A stretch of DNA of 64,000 nt from an uncultured cyanobacterium (GCA_963703315.1 OY969811.1:2624001-2688000), one strand, 5' to 3'; counted from the first letter of the stretch, positions 32,157-42,458 are shown. Notes: generated by a model not told the origin, from the sequence alone. Numbers and translations are program-made.

Positions 32157-32454
32157 AATTACCTTACATCAGGATATTCAAGCTGAAGATTTGCCACTAT
32201 TACCTGAAGAACTAAGAGAAGACTTCATCCAGTATCAAAGAGTCTTGAAGCTCGATCCATATCAAACGAGAGGTATCGCCAGTCACGATTTGCGCGGCGA
32301 TCTCAAAAATCACAGAGCGCTAGAAATAAACTGCAACGGTGTGAGTTATCGTCTTGTTTATCGAGCCTACGAATCGCCATCACCCAAACGTGTTCAAATT
32401 ATCAGTTTTGCTGAACATGATCTAGCCTATGAAAGAGCCAAAGATAGAAAATGA
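32149..32454 (+). CDS. Putative RelE/ParE-like toxin
   Basis: 101 aa; L..DP, HDLRGDL..HR and YRLVYR pattern typical of RelE-fold proteins. Confidence 0.6.
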   Translation: MYRITLHQDIQAEDLPLLPEELREDFIQYQRVLKLDPYQTRGIASHDLRGDLKNHRALEINCNGVSYRLVYRAYESPSPKRVQIISFAEHDLAYERAKDRK

Positions 32455-32470
32455 GTATTCGATTCTACAC

Positions 32471-35400
32471 TTAACCAACTAACTGCACCGTTGAGCCTTC
32501 TTCAGTCTTAGACACTTCAATTAATGTATTGAAGGCTTCTTTCATTTGTGGCATATGCGTAATCACTAAAATACATTCAAAATCAGGCGCGATCGCATTG
32601 ATAGCACTGACAAGGCGATCGCAACCTAATTGGTCTTGACTGCCGAAACCTTCATCGATAATGAGGGTTTGTAAAGTGCTGCCTTTACGCTGAGCAAGAA
32701 CACGGGATAGAGCAAGACGCACCGCAAAATTAATCCGAAAGGCTTCACCGCCCGAATAGGTTTCATAAGGTCTTGTTCCTTTGGTATCAGCAATTTCAAT
32801 GTCGAGGGTTTCGATGATGCGATCGCTTTTTTTGCCAGATTTTTGAGTGATGAATCTGACATTTAATTGGCGATCGCTGAGTTGTGCCAGAATTTGATTG
32901 GCTTCCACTTCAATTTGCGGCAGGACATTTTCGAGCATCAGGGCTTGAATGCCATTTTTACCAAAGGCTTGATAGAGTTCTGTATGGATACGTTGACGTT
33001 GACGGGCAACTTCGATTTGAGAGAGAGTTTCTTGCTCACGTTGACGGCTTTGCTCTAGTTGTTGTTGGGCTTGTTGGAGGCTACCAATTTGGGCAAAGAG
33101 TACATCCATTTGCGATCGCCAATTTTGTAGATTTTGTCTGAGCGCATTAATTTCTTGAGCATGATCGCCATGTAAAGCTTGAATTTGCGACTGTAATTCT
33201 GAAATTTGAGCCGTAATATTTTGCAATTCCTGTTGATTAGCACTGAGATTTTGTTGTAAATGACTCACCTGCTGCTGAAGTTCGGGATATTCCTGTTCAG
33301 CGCGAGTGAGTTCTTGATAGCGCAATAATGACGGGGTGAGTTCTTGCTTTTGGGTGCGAAGTTGTTGATGGCGATCAGGATCGTAGGCTAATTGAGCAAG
33401 GGCGCGATCGCATTGTTCGAGTTCATGCTGTACTTCTAAATCAATCAGATTTTTGGTTAAGCGCTCTTGTAGTTGATGGATTTTGGTTTGCAGATCAGGG
33501 ATTTTTTGCGAGAGATGATCGGCTTGACGTTGAGCATTTTTTAATTCTGATTGCTTCACCTCTGCCCAGCGCCAACGCTCGACATCACCGCGTGCAAGGG
33601 CATGGTTTTTTTCATCGTAGGCAAATTTATGAATATTGCGATCAATTAGTTCCATCTCTTCCCATGCTTCACGCATATAGTTTTGAGTTTGGAGGCGATC
33701 GCCCAAATCCTGAATCTCAACATCAATTTGCACAAGCCTTTGCTTTGCCTCGGATATTGCCTTGAGCCTTTCCTGCAAAGTTCCCTTACGCTGAATCAAA
33801 TCATTTAGTGGTGCGAGTTCTTTTTTGAGATTACGATATTCCTCGCGCAAAACTTCAATCTCACAATTAGAAGCCGCTTGCTGTTCTTTTACCACCCAAA
33901 TATCCGCTTGCAAATCACGAGATTCCTGTTTGTGCTTTTTCTGAACTAATTGCCAATGGGCTGCATCGAGGGGGCGATCGCACAATGGACAGGGTGCATC
34001 AGGCACGGTTAACTGACGCATTTTCGCTTCCAATTTATGAAACGCGGCTTCACTATCTGCCAATCGCGTTTTTAATCGTTCCAAAAAATCACGGCGTTCT
34101 AATCCTTTTTCATGGACACGCTGTTGATAGACTTGCTTATTTTGTAACAAAACAATTTGGCGATCGAGTTCCTTAGCATTAGACAGCAATTGATCGTGAT
34201 TTTTGACCTGTAAATATAACTGTTCTCTTTTGGCAGTTAATTCTTCTAATTTTGCACTCAGTCGAGTTTGCTCTCGTTCCAATTGATGCTTGAGAACTTG
34301 ATGACGATGGACTAGCGGTGTGGATTGAGCGTGGAGACGATCAAATTCCTGTAAGACGGCTCTGGCTTTGTGTAATTCCGCGATCGCTGCTTCAATTTCT
34401 GATCCTCGACTGAGAATGCTTTTTAAATCGCTTTCCTGTTGGACTAGTCCCTCTAACTGCTCTTGGTAATGCCGTAGCTGACCCTTCAGTTCACTTTGCA
34501 AACTCGCGAGTTTATGGCTAAATTCACCACGTCTTTCACTTAATTGTTGATATTTCTGAAACTTGCGCTCTAGTTCTGCTTCCTGAGTTGATAGCACCTG
34601 ATAGCGCTCATAGTCTTGCACAATCTGCGATCGCTTCGAGAGATAACCTTCTAACTGTTGTAATTGCTTTTGTTGATTGGCTAGTTGTCGTGAACTTTGA
34701 GCGAGATTACCCGTTATCGAAATATGTTGCTGCTGTTGCCAAGCTAATTGCTGGGAGACAGTTTGATACTGTTTTTGCAATTCTTCCACTGTTTGTAATT
34801 TGGCGCGATCGCGACTTTCCCATGACTGCAAATCGGTTAACTGCGATCGCAAAGCTTCTAACTGCGGGGCGATCGCTTCTCCTGCCAGAATTTGTTCGCG
34901 CAGATGTGCCAGCAAACTTTCTAACACTGCGGACTCTGCCTTGCTAGTCCGCGCAATATCTTTTGCCCGTTCTGCTAATTCGTCGTACTGCGATAATGCC
35001 AACATATCGGCAAGAATCTGCTTGCGATCGCTTGGACGCTTCAGCATAAACTCATCGGCACGACCTTGACGCAAATATGCCGAATTAATAAAAGTTTCGT
35101 AATCCATTTTCAGATGCGAAATGATCGTCATCTGAGTCGATTGCACCTTACGCTCGGTGAGAGATTTAAACTTGCCTTCACTTTGTACCTGAAATTCTAA
35201 AGAAGTTGAACTATTCCGCGATCGCGTTCTAATCACCCGATAGACTTCACCACCTGCAATAAAAGTAAAGTCCACCTGTGCTTCTTTAGACCCAACATGA
35301 ATCACATCATCTTGGCTTGCGACGCGGCTTGTACCCCAGACCGCCCAAGAAATTGCTTCTAATAATGAAGACTTACCCGCTCCATTTGCACCACAAATAC

Positions 35401-35482
35401 AAGCAACATGAAGCCCACTAAAATCTAAGGCTAATTGTTGATAGCTCAAGAAATTTTTTAATCGTAATTTCTGAGGGATCAT
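32471..35482 (-). CDS. sbcC: SbcC (Rad50-like) ATPase subunit
   Basis: Walker A GANGAGKSS, long coiled coils, CPLC zinc hook, YSGGE signature, Walker B IIDEGFG. Confidence 0.95.
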   Translation of the reverse strand: MIPQKLRLKNFLSYQQLALDFSGLHVACICGANGAGKSSLLEAISWAVWGTSRVASQDDVIHVGSKEAQVDFTFIAGGEVYRVIRTRSRNSSTSLEFQVQSEGKFKSLTERKVQSTQMTIISHLKMDYETFINSAYLRQGRADEFMLKRPSDRKQILADMLALSQYDELAERAKDIARTSKAESAVLESLLAHLREQILAGEAIAPQLEALRSQLTDLQSWESRDRAKLQTVEELQKQYQTVSQQLAWQQQQHISITGNLAQSSRQLANQQKQLQQLEGYLSKRSQIVQDYERYQVLSTQEAELERKFQKYQQLSERRGEFSHKLASLQSELKGQLRHYQEQLEGLVQQESDLKSILSRGSEIEAAIAELHKARAVLQEFDRLHAQSTPLVHRHQVLKHQLEREQTRLSAKLEELTAKREQLYLQVKNHDQLLSNAKELDRQIVLLQNKQVYQQRVHEKGLERRDFLERLKTRLADSEAAFHKLEAKMRQLTVPDAPCPLCDRPLDAAHWQLVQKKHKQESRDLQADIWVVKEQQAASNCEIEVLREEYRNLKKELAPLNDLIQRKGTLQERLKAISEAKQRLVQIDVEIQDLGDRLQTQNYMREAWEEMELIDRNIHKFAYDEKNHALARGDVERWRWAEVKQSELKNAQRQADHLSQKIPDLQTKIHQLQERLTKNLIDLEVQHELEQCDRALAQLAYDPDRHQQLRTQKQELTPSLLRYQELTRAEQEYPELQQQVSHLQQNLSANQQELQNITAQISELQSQIQALHGDHAQEINALRQNLQNWRSQMDVLFAQIGSLQQAQQQLEQSRQREQETLSQIEVARQRQRIHTELYQAFGKNGIQALMLENVLPQIEVEANQILAQLSDRQLNVRFITQKSGKKSDRIIETLDIEIADTKGTRPYETYSGGEAFRINFAVRLALSRVLAQRKGSTLQTLIIDEGFGSQDQLGCDRLVSAINAIAPDFECILVITHMPQMKEAFNTLIEVSKTEEGSTVQLVG

Positions 35483-35606
35483 TTTTCTGTGTCAGAGGCT
35501 TTCAGATGTGGCTATACTAGTCATTATTTAATTATCATAATAATGTATCCTTTAACAAAAGTTGATCGCTGCAATTTTTTACTTTTACCTTCAAACCGAG
35601 GGAGTT

Positions 35607-35972
35607 ATGGAAATATGGGAAGAAATTAGTCGCCAAAGAGTCAAGTACATCATCGATAGCTATCAGCTTGATGGCTGGGATGATGACTTTTTTGATGAAT
35701 ATTTAGAAGACCTATTGCAAGCCTACTCACCGCCACAAATTGAATTAGCGCTTGTAGAAACTCTGATCGAAATTTGGCAAACTACACCACTCATTCGTGG
35801 TACGGCATTTTTAGAGCGATCGCACCAGTTGCTAAAATCATGGGAAAACGCTCTGATTATGACTAAGATTTCTCCCACGCATTTTCGACTGATTACAGGC
35901 TTAGACCCGACACCAATATTTGGAGATATCATAGCTCCCCAAAATAAAAATGCACTTTCTGTTAAGTTTTGA
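35607..35972 (+). CDS. Conserved cyanobacterial hypothetical protein
   Basis: YIIDSYQLDG...IELALVETL...FRLITGLDP; GGAG RBS before ATG 35607. Confidence 0.7.
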   Translation: MEIWEEISRQRVKYIIDSYQLDGWDDDFFDEYLEDLLQAYSPPQIELALVETLIEIWQTTPLIRGTAFLERSHQLLKSWENALIMTKISPTHFRLITGLDPTPIFGDIIAPQNKNALSVKF

Positions 35973-36043
35973 TGTTAAGCATGGCGATGATCGGCAATTT
36001 TAAGCCTGTGAGCTAGAATTTTATAGAGTGCAATAGTTATGCC

Positions 36044-39000
36044 ATGAATCCTTTTTCAGAAATTGCAAGTTTCTTTATTAAAGTTTCGCAAAAAAAGTTT
36101 AAAAGTGATTTTCAGGGTAAGTTAGACAGAAAATTTACTCTGAGAAATTTATTTGGAGCTTTATTACTTGCATTACTAGGATATTTAGGCAATTACTTTT
36201 ATCTACCAATGTTTTATGGGGTTGACTTCCTATTTGGTAGCATTTTTACGCTGATTGCCACCTACTTCTATGGTCTTAAAATTGGAGTCACGGTTTCCGC
36301 GATCGCCAGTATTTACACGATTATTCTTTGGGGACAGCCCTACGCAGCCGTTTTACTGATCTTAGAAACCATTTGGGTCGGAATTGGACTCTATTATCGA
36401 AGACGGAGAAACCAGTCTCCTAACATGGTCTTGCTCGTACTGTCTTATTGGCTATGTTTGGGCATTCCCCTATGTTTTTTTTCCTATTCCTTTTTTCTCA
36501 AGTTTGGAATTAGCTCAGTTATCTTAGTTATTCTGAAGCAAGTAGTTAATGGGGCATTTAATAGTCTTATCGCTCACCTATGTATTGACTACTTACCTCT
36601 AGGGAAATGGCTTCAGCCAATTCATACTAAACAGCATCGTTTGACCATTCAGCAGGTGCTTTTTAACTTGTTATTGGCATTTGTCTGCATTCCTATTCTG
36701 ATTATTGCCACATTGACGGGTCATCAATCCCTAAATAATATTGAACGAGAAATTAATCATCAGTTACAGTCAAGTACTGTTAACTTAGCATCTGATTTAA
36801 AAATTTGGCATCGCCGAGATTTATTAGCTCTCCAACAATTAGCCGATATAGCTATGGATGATCGGAATTGGGAACGATTGCAATTTGCAACGACTGCTTT
36901 AACACAAGTCACGCCAACATTTTCAAGGATTTATGTAACAGATAGGCAAGGCAATGTCTTGTCAGACTTTCCAATTATTTCCAATTCAGAAAGAGCTGAT
37001 CTGAGTACCTATATTGCTAACAACGAAATATTTCAAATAGCCCGTTCGAGTTTAAGTGTTGCCTTCAGTGATATTTATAATGATAGTTCTAGTTCATCCA
37101 CTAATCATATCGATGTTGCTGTACCAGTCATCAAAGATAACCGTTTTCATGGTCTTGTGATTGGTCAATTAGAGTTATCTCAGATTAAGAGATTGTTAGT
37201 AGAAGATGCGATCGCATGGAATATTGATGCTTTCTTACTAGATCGCCACAACAAAATAATTTCTAGTAGTTCTCCTGCTAACAAAGTAGGCAGTGTTTTT
37301 GACTGGCAACAGGGAGGATACATTCGTCCTTTTCGGGCTGGGCAGATGCAATGGCTTCCCAAAATGAAAGCTGCTTCGATGATCCGTTGGCGTAATTCTT
37401 ATTACTTTCAGCAGACTAAAATCGATGATCAAAATCCTTGGACTTTAGTGATGCGATTGTCGCCAGTATCCTATATTAATGCCCTTGAGACTTTATACAC
37501 TCACATTCTCGCGATCGTTCTAGGGATTATTTTATTAGCGACAACAGTAGCAAATTTGCTAAGTCGTCGTTTGATCAAACCGATCGCCAAGCTCATTCGT
37601 CTCACCACTGATCTGCAACAAAAACTAGCAGATCAGTCAAATTTTGTCTGGGAATCCAAAAGTTTTGAGGAAATCGATACTCTTGGTGATAACTTTCAAG
37701 ACATGGCGATCGCCTTACGCAATAAGTTTCAAGAAATTAGCCAAGCAAACCTCACTCTCGAAGAAAGAGTAATGGAACGGAGTGCTGAACTTTTTAAAAG
37801 TGAAGAACGCTGGCAATTAGCAATTCACGCGGCTGACGATGGCATTTGGGACTGGAATATTGAAACAGGGATCACATTTCGTTCAGAGCGTTGGTACTCG
37901 ATGTTAGGTTTCAATCCTGCTACTGAATCAGAAAAGGAAATTGATTGGGCTAGCCTAGTTCATCCTGATGATCGCGATCGCCTCTTAAAAGCACAAGAAG
38001 ATTATCTAACTCATAAAGCTCCAAGTTATATTGCTGAATATCGAATGCGATCGCAGGATGGAAGTTATAAATGGATCTTAACTAGAGCGCTGGCGATCTG
38101 GAATGATGAAGGTAAAGCCATTCGCTTAGTGGGAGCCAATAGTGATATTACCGATCTTAAAATAGCCAAAATGGAAATGCTGCAAGCAATGGAGTCTGCT
38201 CAAGCCGCAAGTCAAGCTAAGAGCGAATTTCTTGCCACCATGAGCCATGAGATTCGTACGCCAATGAATGCGATTATTGGCTTTACTAGCTTACTGTTGG
38301 ATTCACCACTCAATTCAGAACAACAAGAATTTATAGAAATAATTCGCTCTAGTAGTAATAATTTACTCACAATTATCAACGATATTCTCGATTTTTCCAA
38401 GATAGAAGCAGGTCAAGTTAATTTAGAGATTCAATCTTTCAATTTACGCAACTGTATCGAAGATTGTTTAGAGATGTTTGCCTCTCTTGCTATTTCCAAA
38501 CAGATTGAACTCGCCTACTGCATGGATGCAGATGTGCCTGAATGGATTGTGAGCGACATCACCCGCCTCCGACAAATATTGATAAATTTATTTAGTAACG
38601 CGGTAAAGTTTACGGCTCAAGGGGAAGTAACGATGCGAGTATCTCTGCTACCGACCATAGGCAGAACCTCTCATCAATTAAGATTTGCGGTCAAAGATAC
38701 TGGCATTGGCATTCCTCAAGAATCTTACAATCGCCTCTTTAAGCCCTTTAGTCAAGTTGATTCATCGACGACTCGACAGTATGGTGGCACGGGATTGGGA
38801 CTAGCGATCGCCAATCGTCTCACCCAACTTCTTGGTGGCGAGATGTCTGTTGCCAGTGAAGTAGGCGTTGGTTCAATTTTTACCTTTACGATCGCGACAA
38901 CAGTTCCTGAGACAATAGCAATATCTAATCAGCCTCAAAATTTGATTTGTGCTAGGAAACGACTATTAGTTCTTGAAGATAATGAGATTAATCGTGAGAA

Positions 39001-39787
39001 TTTGATTGTATTTGCTCAGTCGTTAGCAATGGAGGTAATGGCAACGGATTCTACTGAGCAAGCGATCGCATGGTTGCAGAGTGGGCAGCAATTTGATTTA
39101 GCGATTGTGGACGCTTGTATCCCCATAGCCAATAAACCGCAAGAATCCTGTGGAGACTGCCAGATTAGGGAATTGATGAGAGCGAAAACAAGTACATTGC
39201 CCATGATTTTGATGACGCTGCGTTGCCAAGGTTTCGTTAAAGTCGATGATCCGATTACGAGTTATTTGCCCAAACCCTATAAGCGATCGCAACTATATAA
39301 GGCTCTGTTAAAACTATGTAGTTTGCATCTATTGATCGAAAGTCCACCAAAGCAGAAAGATGATCATGGTTTTGATGAGAACTTTGCAGCTAAATTTCCT
39401 TTAAAAATTTTACTCGCCGAAGATAATATCGTTAATCAAAAAGTTGCCACGCGATTTCTCAACCGACTCGGCTATCATATCGATGTGGTTATGAATGGCA
39501 TAGAAGTTATAGATTCGATTTCCCATCAAATATATGATGTGATCCTAATGGATGTATTTATGCCTGAAATGGATGGAATAATGGCAACCAAGCAAATTGT
39601 GGCGGAGTTTGAACACCGACCTTGGATTATTGCTCTCACCGCTAATGCTTTACATGATGATCGGAATATTTGTATACAGGCAGGAATGCAAGATTATCTA
39701 AGTAAACCGCTTCAGATTCATGATTTAACTCAATCCTTAGAAAGAGCCTACAGAAATAAAGTCAACCATAAAAATGAAGTTCTATAG
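36044..39787 (+). CDS. Membrane hybrid sensor histidine kinase (multi-TM, Cache-like, HAMP, PAS, HisKA/HATPase, two REC)
   Basis: GIWDWN and VHPDD (PAS), SHEIRTPMN, GGTGLGL, LAEDN...MDVFMP motifs. Confidence 0.92.
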   Translation: MNPFSEIASFFIKVSQKKFKSDFQGKLDRKFTLRNLFGALLLALLGYLGNYFYLPMFYGVDFLFGSIFTLIATYFYGLKIGVTVSAIASIYTIILWGQPYAAVLLILETIWVGIGLYYRRRRNQSPNMVLLVLSYWLCLGIPLCFFSYSFFLKFGISSVILVILKQVVNGAFNSLIAHLCIDYLPLGKWLQPIHTKQHRLTIQQVLFNLLLAFVCIPILIIATLTGHQSLNNIEREINHQLQSSTVNLASDLKIWHRRDLLALQQLADIAMDDRNWERLQFATTALTQVTPTFSRIYVTDRQGNVLSDFPIISNSERADLSTYIANNEIFQIARSSLSVAFSDIYNDSSSSSTNHIDVAVPVIKDNRFHGLVIGQLELSQIKRLLVEDAIAWNIDAFLLDRHNKIISSSSPANKVGSVFDWQQGGYIRPFRAGQMQWLPKMKAASMIRWRNSYYFQQTKIDDQNPWTLVMRLSPVSYINALETLYTHILAIVLGIILLATTVANLLSRRLIKPIAKLIRLTTDLQQKLADQSNFVWESKSFEEIDTLGDNFQDMAIALRNKFQEISQANLTLEERVMERSAELFKSEERWQLAIHAADDGIWDWNIETGITFRSERWYSMLGFNPATESEKEIDWASLVHPDDRDRLLKAQEDYLTHKAPSYIAEYRMRSQDGSYKWILTRALAIWNDEGKAIRLVGANSDITDLKIAKMEMLQAMESAQAASQAKSEFLATMSHEIRTPMNAIIGFTSLLLDSPLNSEQQEFIEIIRSSSNNLLTIINDILDFSKIEAGQVNLEIQSFNLRNCIEDCLEMFASLAISKQIELAYCMDADVPEWIVSDITRLRQILINLFSNAVKFTAQGEVTMRVSLLPTIGRTSHQLRFAVKDTGIGIPQESYNRLFKPFSQVDSSTTRQYGGTGLGLAIANRLTQLLGGEMSVASEVGVGSIFTFTIATTVPETIAISNQPQNLICARKRLLVLEDNEINRENLIVFAQSLAMEVMATDSTEQAIAWLQSGQQFDLAIVDACIPIANKPQESCGDCQIRELMRAKTSTLPMILMTLRCQGFVKVDDPITSYLPKPYKRSQLYKALLKLCSLHLLIESPPKQKDDHGFDENFAAKFPLKILLAEDNIVNQKVATRFLNRLGYHIDVVMNGIEVIDSISHQIYDVILMDVFMPEMDGIMATKQIVAEFEHRPWIIALTANALHDDRNICIQAGMQDYLSKPLQIHDLTQSLERAYRNKVNHKNEVL

Positions 39788-39830
39788 AGATGTGGCGCAC
39801 GCGCAGCGTGCGCCACATCTCTATAGAACT
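39778..39830. repeat. Perfect 25-bp inverted repeat containing both convergent gene ends
   Basis: agttctatagagatgtggcgcacgc-gca-gcgtgcgccacatctctatagaact. Confidence 0.92.
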
Positions 39831-41656
39831 AGCAATAGCTGAACAGGATCTAGATAAACTTGACAAGGTTGAGGATATTGCTTCAAAACAAGCCACTTCT
39901 CTTTAAATACTTCTGCTTGTAGATGATAATCCCAATCATGGTGAGGCGGAGCATTTAATTTCAAGTATAAGGTCATACGGTGCGGGGTTTCTGTGGTACG
40001 AACAAACCAGCAGGGAATCAAATTGGGTAATGCCTGTTTGTCAGAACTATCAAAAAAGGCAATATGGTGAGCGCGAATTCCAATATGCGTTGGTAAATCT
40101 GCGCCAATATCGTTGACTTGTAACATACATTCCCAATCCAGAGCTTCGATCAAATCAGGGGCGATCGCCTTAATCCGCGAAAAGTTTTTACAACCTGTGA
40201 GCCGCGCTGTTTCCACATTAATGGGATGATCAAAGACATCAGACTTCTCTCCATAACGCATCACCTGACCGTGATCCAAAATTAGGAGGTTCTGACAAAT
40301 GCGATAGGCTTCTTCAATATTATGGGTAACTAATAGAGTGATGCCTGAATAGCGATTAAGAACTGAGATTAATTCTCGTTCCATTTGACTGCGGAGATGG
40401 GTATCTAATGCTGAAAATGGCTCGTCTAGCAGCAAAATGTCAGGTTGGCTGACCAGCGCTCTCGCTAGGGCGACACGCTGTTGCTGACCGCCTGAGAGTT
40501 GATGAGGGTAGCGATCGCCAAATCCCTGCATGGCAATGCTTTGTAATTGCTCAGCAACTTTTTGTCTAATCTGCGATCGCGAAAGTTCTGGAGATAATCC
40601 AAAAGCAATATTTTGAGCAACGGTGAGGTGAGGAAAGAGCGCATAATTTTGAAATAAAAAACCAATCGAGCGATCGCGGCTAGGTAAATTAATTGCTTCA
40701 GCACTATCAAAGAAAACCTTACCATTGATTACGATCCGCCCACGTGACGGGGTTTCCATGCCCGCAATGCAATTGAGCAGCATACTTTTACCCATACCCG
40801 ATGCCCCTAAAATACCAATGGATTTGTCAGTACAGTGCAGCGCAATTTGCAAATCAAACTCCAGTAATTGCTTATTGATATCAATGAGTAAGCCTCGGTC
40901 GTGATTGGTGATTAGCGATCGGTGATTGATGATTGGTGATTGAAATTTTTCCTTTTTCCTTTTTCCTTTTTCCTGCTTCTCATCCCATTGGATTGTCCAG
41001 AGATTAGCAATGGCGATCGCTGAACAAGAAATCGAGAGAATTACAGCCGTCCAAATCCATGCTTCTTGATTTGCCCCCGCCTGTACCGCCGCATAAATTG
41101 CTAGAGGAATTGTAGTTGTCTCTCCTTGAATATTACCTGCTAGCATCAATGTTGCACCAAATTCACCCAAACCTCTCGCAAAAGCAAGCATCGTTCCTGC
41201 TAAAATCCCTCGAAATGCTAAAGGCAATGCAATTTGCCAGAAAATACGCCACTCAGAAGCACCAAGGGTTTTGGCGGCATGGAGTAAGTTTCTATCTACT
41301 TGTTCAAATGCAGCCTGTGCGGTCTTGTACATCAATGGAAAAGTCACGACTATTGCCGCTAATACACCTGCATACCAAGTAAAAATAATATTAAAATGGA
41401 ACATCTGTAGAAATTTTCCTAGCCAGCCATACTTCCCAAATAGTTGTAATAGTAAGAAACCAACTACTGTGGGTGGCAAAACGAGCGGTGCAAGGAAAAT
41501 ACTATCCAATATAGATTTCCATCTGCCACGATAATTGAGCAGACTATAGGCAGCCGCAATCCCTAAAAAGAACGTAAAAAAGATCGCAGTAATTGCTACC
41601 TTGAGCGAAATCCAAAATGGAGAGAAATCAAAGGGCGCTGAATCCATATTTTTCAA
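39821..41656 (-). CDS. modBC: Fused molybdate ABC permease/ATPase (ModB-ModC)
   Basis: PLVLPPTVVG and FARGLGEFGAT (ModB); GASGMGKS, LSGGQQQR and LLLDEPF (ModC). Confidence 0.93.
   Translation of the reverse strand: MKNMDSAPFDFSPFWISLKVAITAIFFTFFLGIAAAYSLLNYRGRWKSILDSIFLAPLVLPPTVVGFLLLQLFGKYGWLGKFLQMFHFNIIFTWYAGVLAAIVVTFPLMYKTAQAAFEQVDRNLLHAAKTLGASEWRIFWQIALPLAFRGILAGTMLAFARGLGEFGATLMLAGNIQGETTTIPLAIYAAVQAGANQEAWIWTAVILSISCSAIAIANLWTIQWDEKQEKGKRKKEKFQSPIINHRSLITNHDRGLLIDINKQLLEFDLQIALHCTDKSIGILGASGMGKSMLLNCIAGMETPSRGRIVINGKVFFDSAEAINLPSRDRSIGFLFQNYALFPHLTVAQNIAFGLSPELSRSQIRQKVAEQLQSIAMQGFGDRYPHQLSGGQQQRVALARALVSQPDILLLDEPFSALDTHLRSQMERELISVLNRYSGITLLVTHNIEEAYRICQNLLILDHGQVMRYGEKSDVFDHPINVETARLTGCKNFSRIKAIAPDLIEALDWECMLQVNDIGADLPTHIGIRAHHIAFFDSSDKQALPNLIPCWFVRTTETPHRMTLYLKLNAPPHHDWDYHLQAEVFKEKWLVLKQYPQPCQVYLDPVQLLLVL
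40901..40973. repeat. Two heptamer tandem arrays (STRR-like) inside modBC
   Basis: Six GTGATTG-like units (40901-40942), then four perfect TTTTTCC units (40946-40973). Confidence 0.88.
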
Positions 41657-42458
41657 ATATAGTTTTCGCTGGTTCGCTGGATAGGAATTCTAGATAGGAT
41701 TTGGCACTCTGCTGATCGGGACTTCTCTGTAAAATAGCGATCGGATAGACAATGGGCTGATGGAGTTTTGCATCAACAATTTGCACAACTTTAACTTTAG
41801 AAGAAGTTTTGGCATCCGTTGCATAGACAATTCCTGCTTGAGCATTGCCCGATTCCACAAATTGCAGCACTTGACGCACGTTATTTCCGAGGACAAATTT
41901 TGATTGGACATCTTGCAGTAGTTCTAGTTTTGTCAAGGCTTGCGCGGCATATTGACCTGCGGGAACACTACGAGGATCGCCGATCGCAATCCTTACAATA
42001 TTGGCATTGGTTAAATCTTTTAATGTTTGAGTATCACTTTTGTCCGCAGGGACAATCAATACCAGACGATTGCTTAATAAATTGCGACGAGTATCAGCAA
42101 TGATTAAATCCTTTTTTTGCAGTTCATCCATCTGTTTCGCGGCTGCGGAAATAAAGATATCCACAGGCGCACCGTTGATGATTTGTTGTTGTAAATCACC
42201 AGAACTGCCAAAGTTATGCCGAATTGCTAAATTGGATTTTGATTTGCGGTAAAGAGGAGTGATTTCGCCTAATGCTTCTTGAAGACTAGCTGCCGCCGAA
42301 ACCGTTAATTGGATGTTTTCGGATTTAACTTCGCTTGACTGAAGCGTTCTAAGTTTATTTTCCTGATTATTTGAGAGTGAAAAAACACTTATTCCTGCGA
42401 TCGCACCTAGTGTGAAGACAAGCAAAACGATGAAAGTAATCAGTTTGTTCTTATTCAT
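41628..42458 (-). CDS. modA: Molybdate ABC transporter substrate-binding protein
   Basis: VSAAASL, FGSSG.L..QI..GAP.D.F.SA, VPAGQYA and GIVYATD motifs. Confidence 0.95.
   Translation of the reverse strand: MNKNKLITFIVLLVFTLGAIAGISVFSLSNNQENKLRTLQSSEVKSENIQLTVSAAASLQEALGEITPLYRKSKSNLAIRHNFGSSGDLQQQIINGAPVDIFISAAAKQMDELQKKDLIIADTRRNLLSNRLVLIVPADKSDTQTLKDLTNANIVRIAIGDPRSVPAGQYAAQALTKLELLQDVQSKFVLGNNVRQVLQFVESGNAQAGIVYATDAKTSSKVKVVQIVDAKLHQPIVYPIAILQRSPDQQSAKSYLEFLSSEPAKTIFEKYGFSAL

Noticed and set aside
39821..41656. ModB-ModC fusion as a novelty
   Set aside because: Fused modBC is known in cyanobacteria; only the repeat-derived linker is reported.
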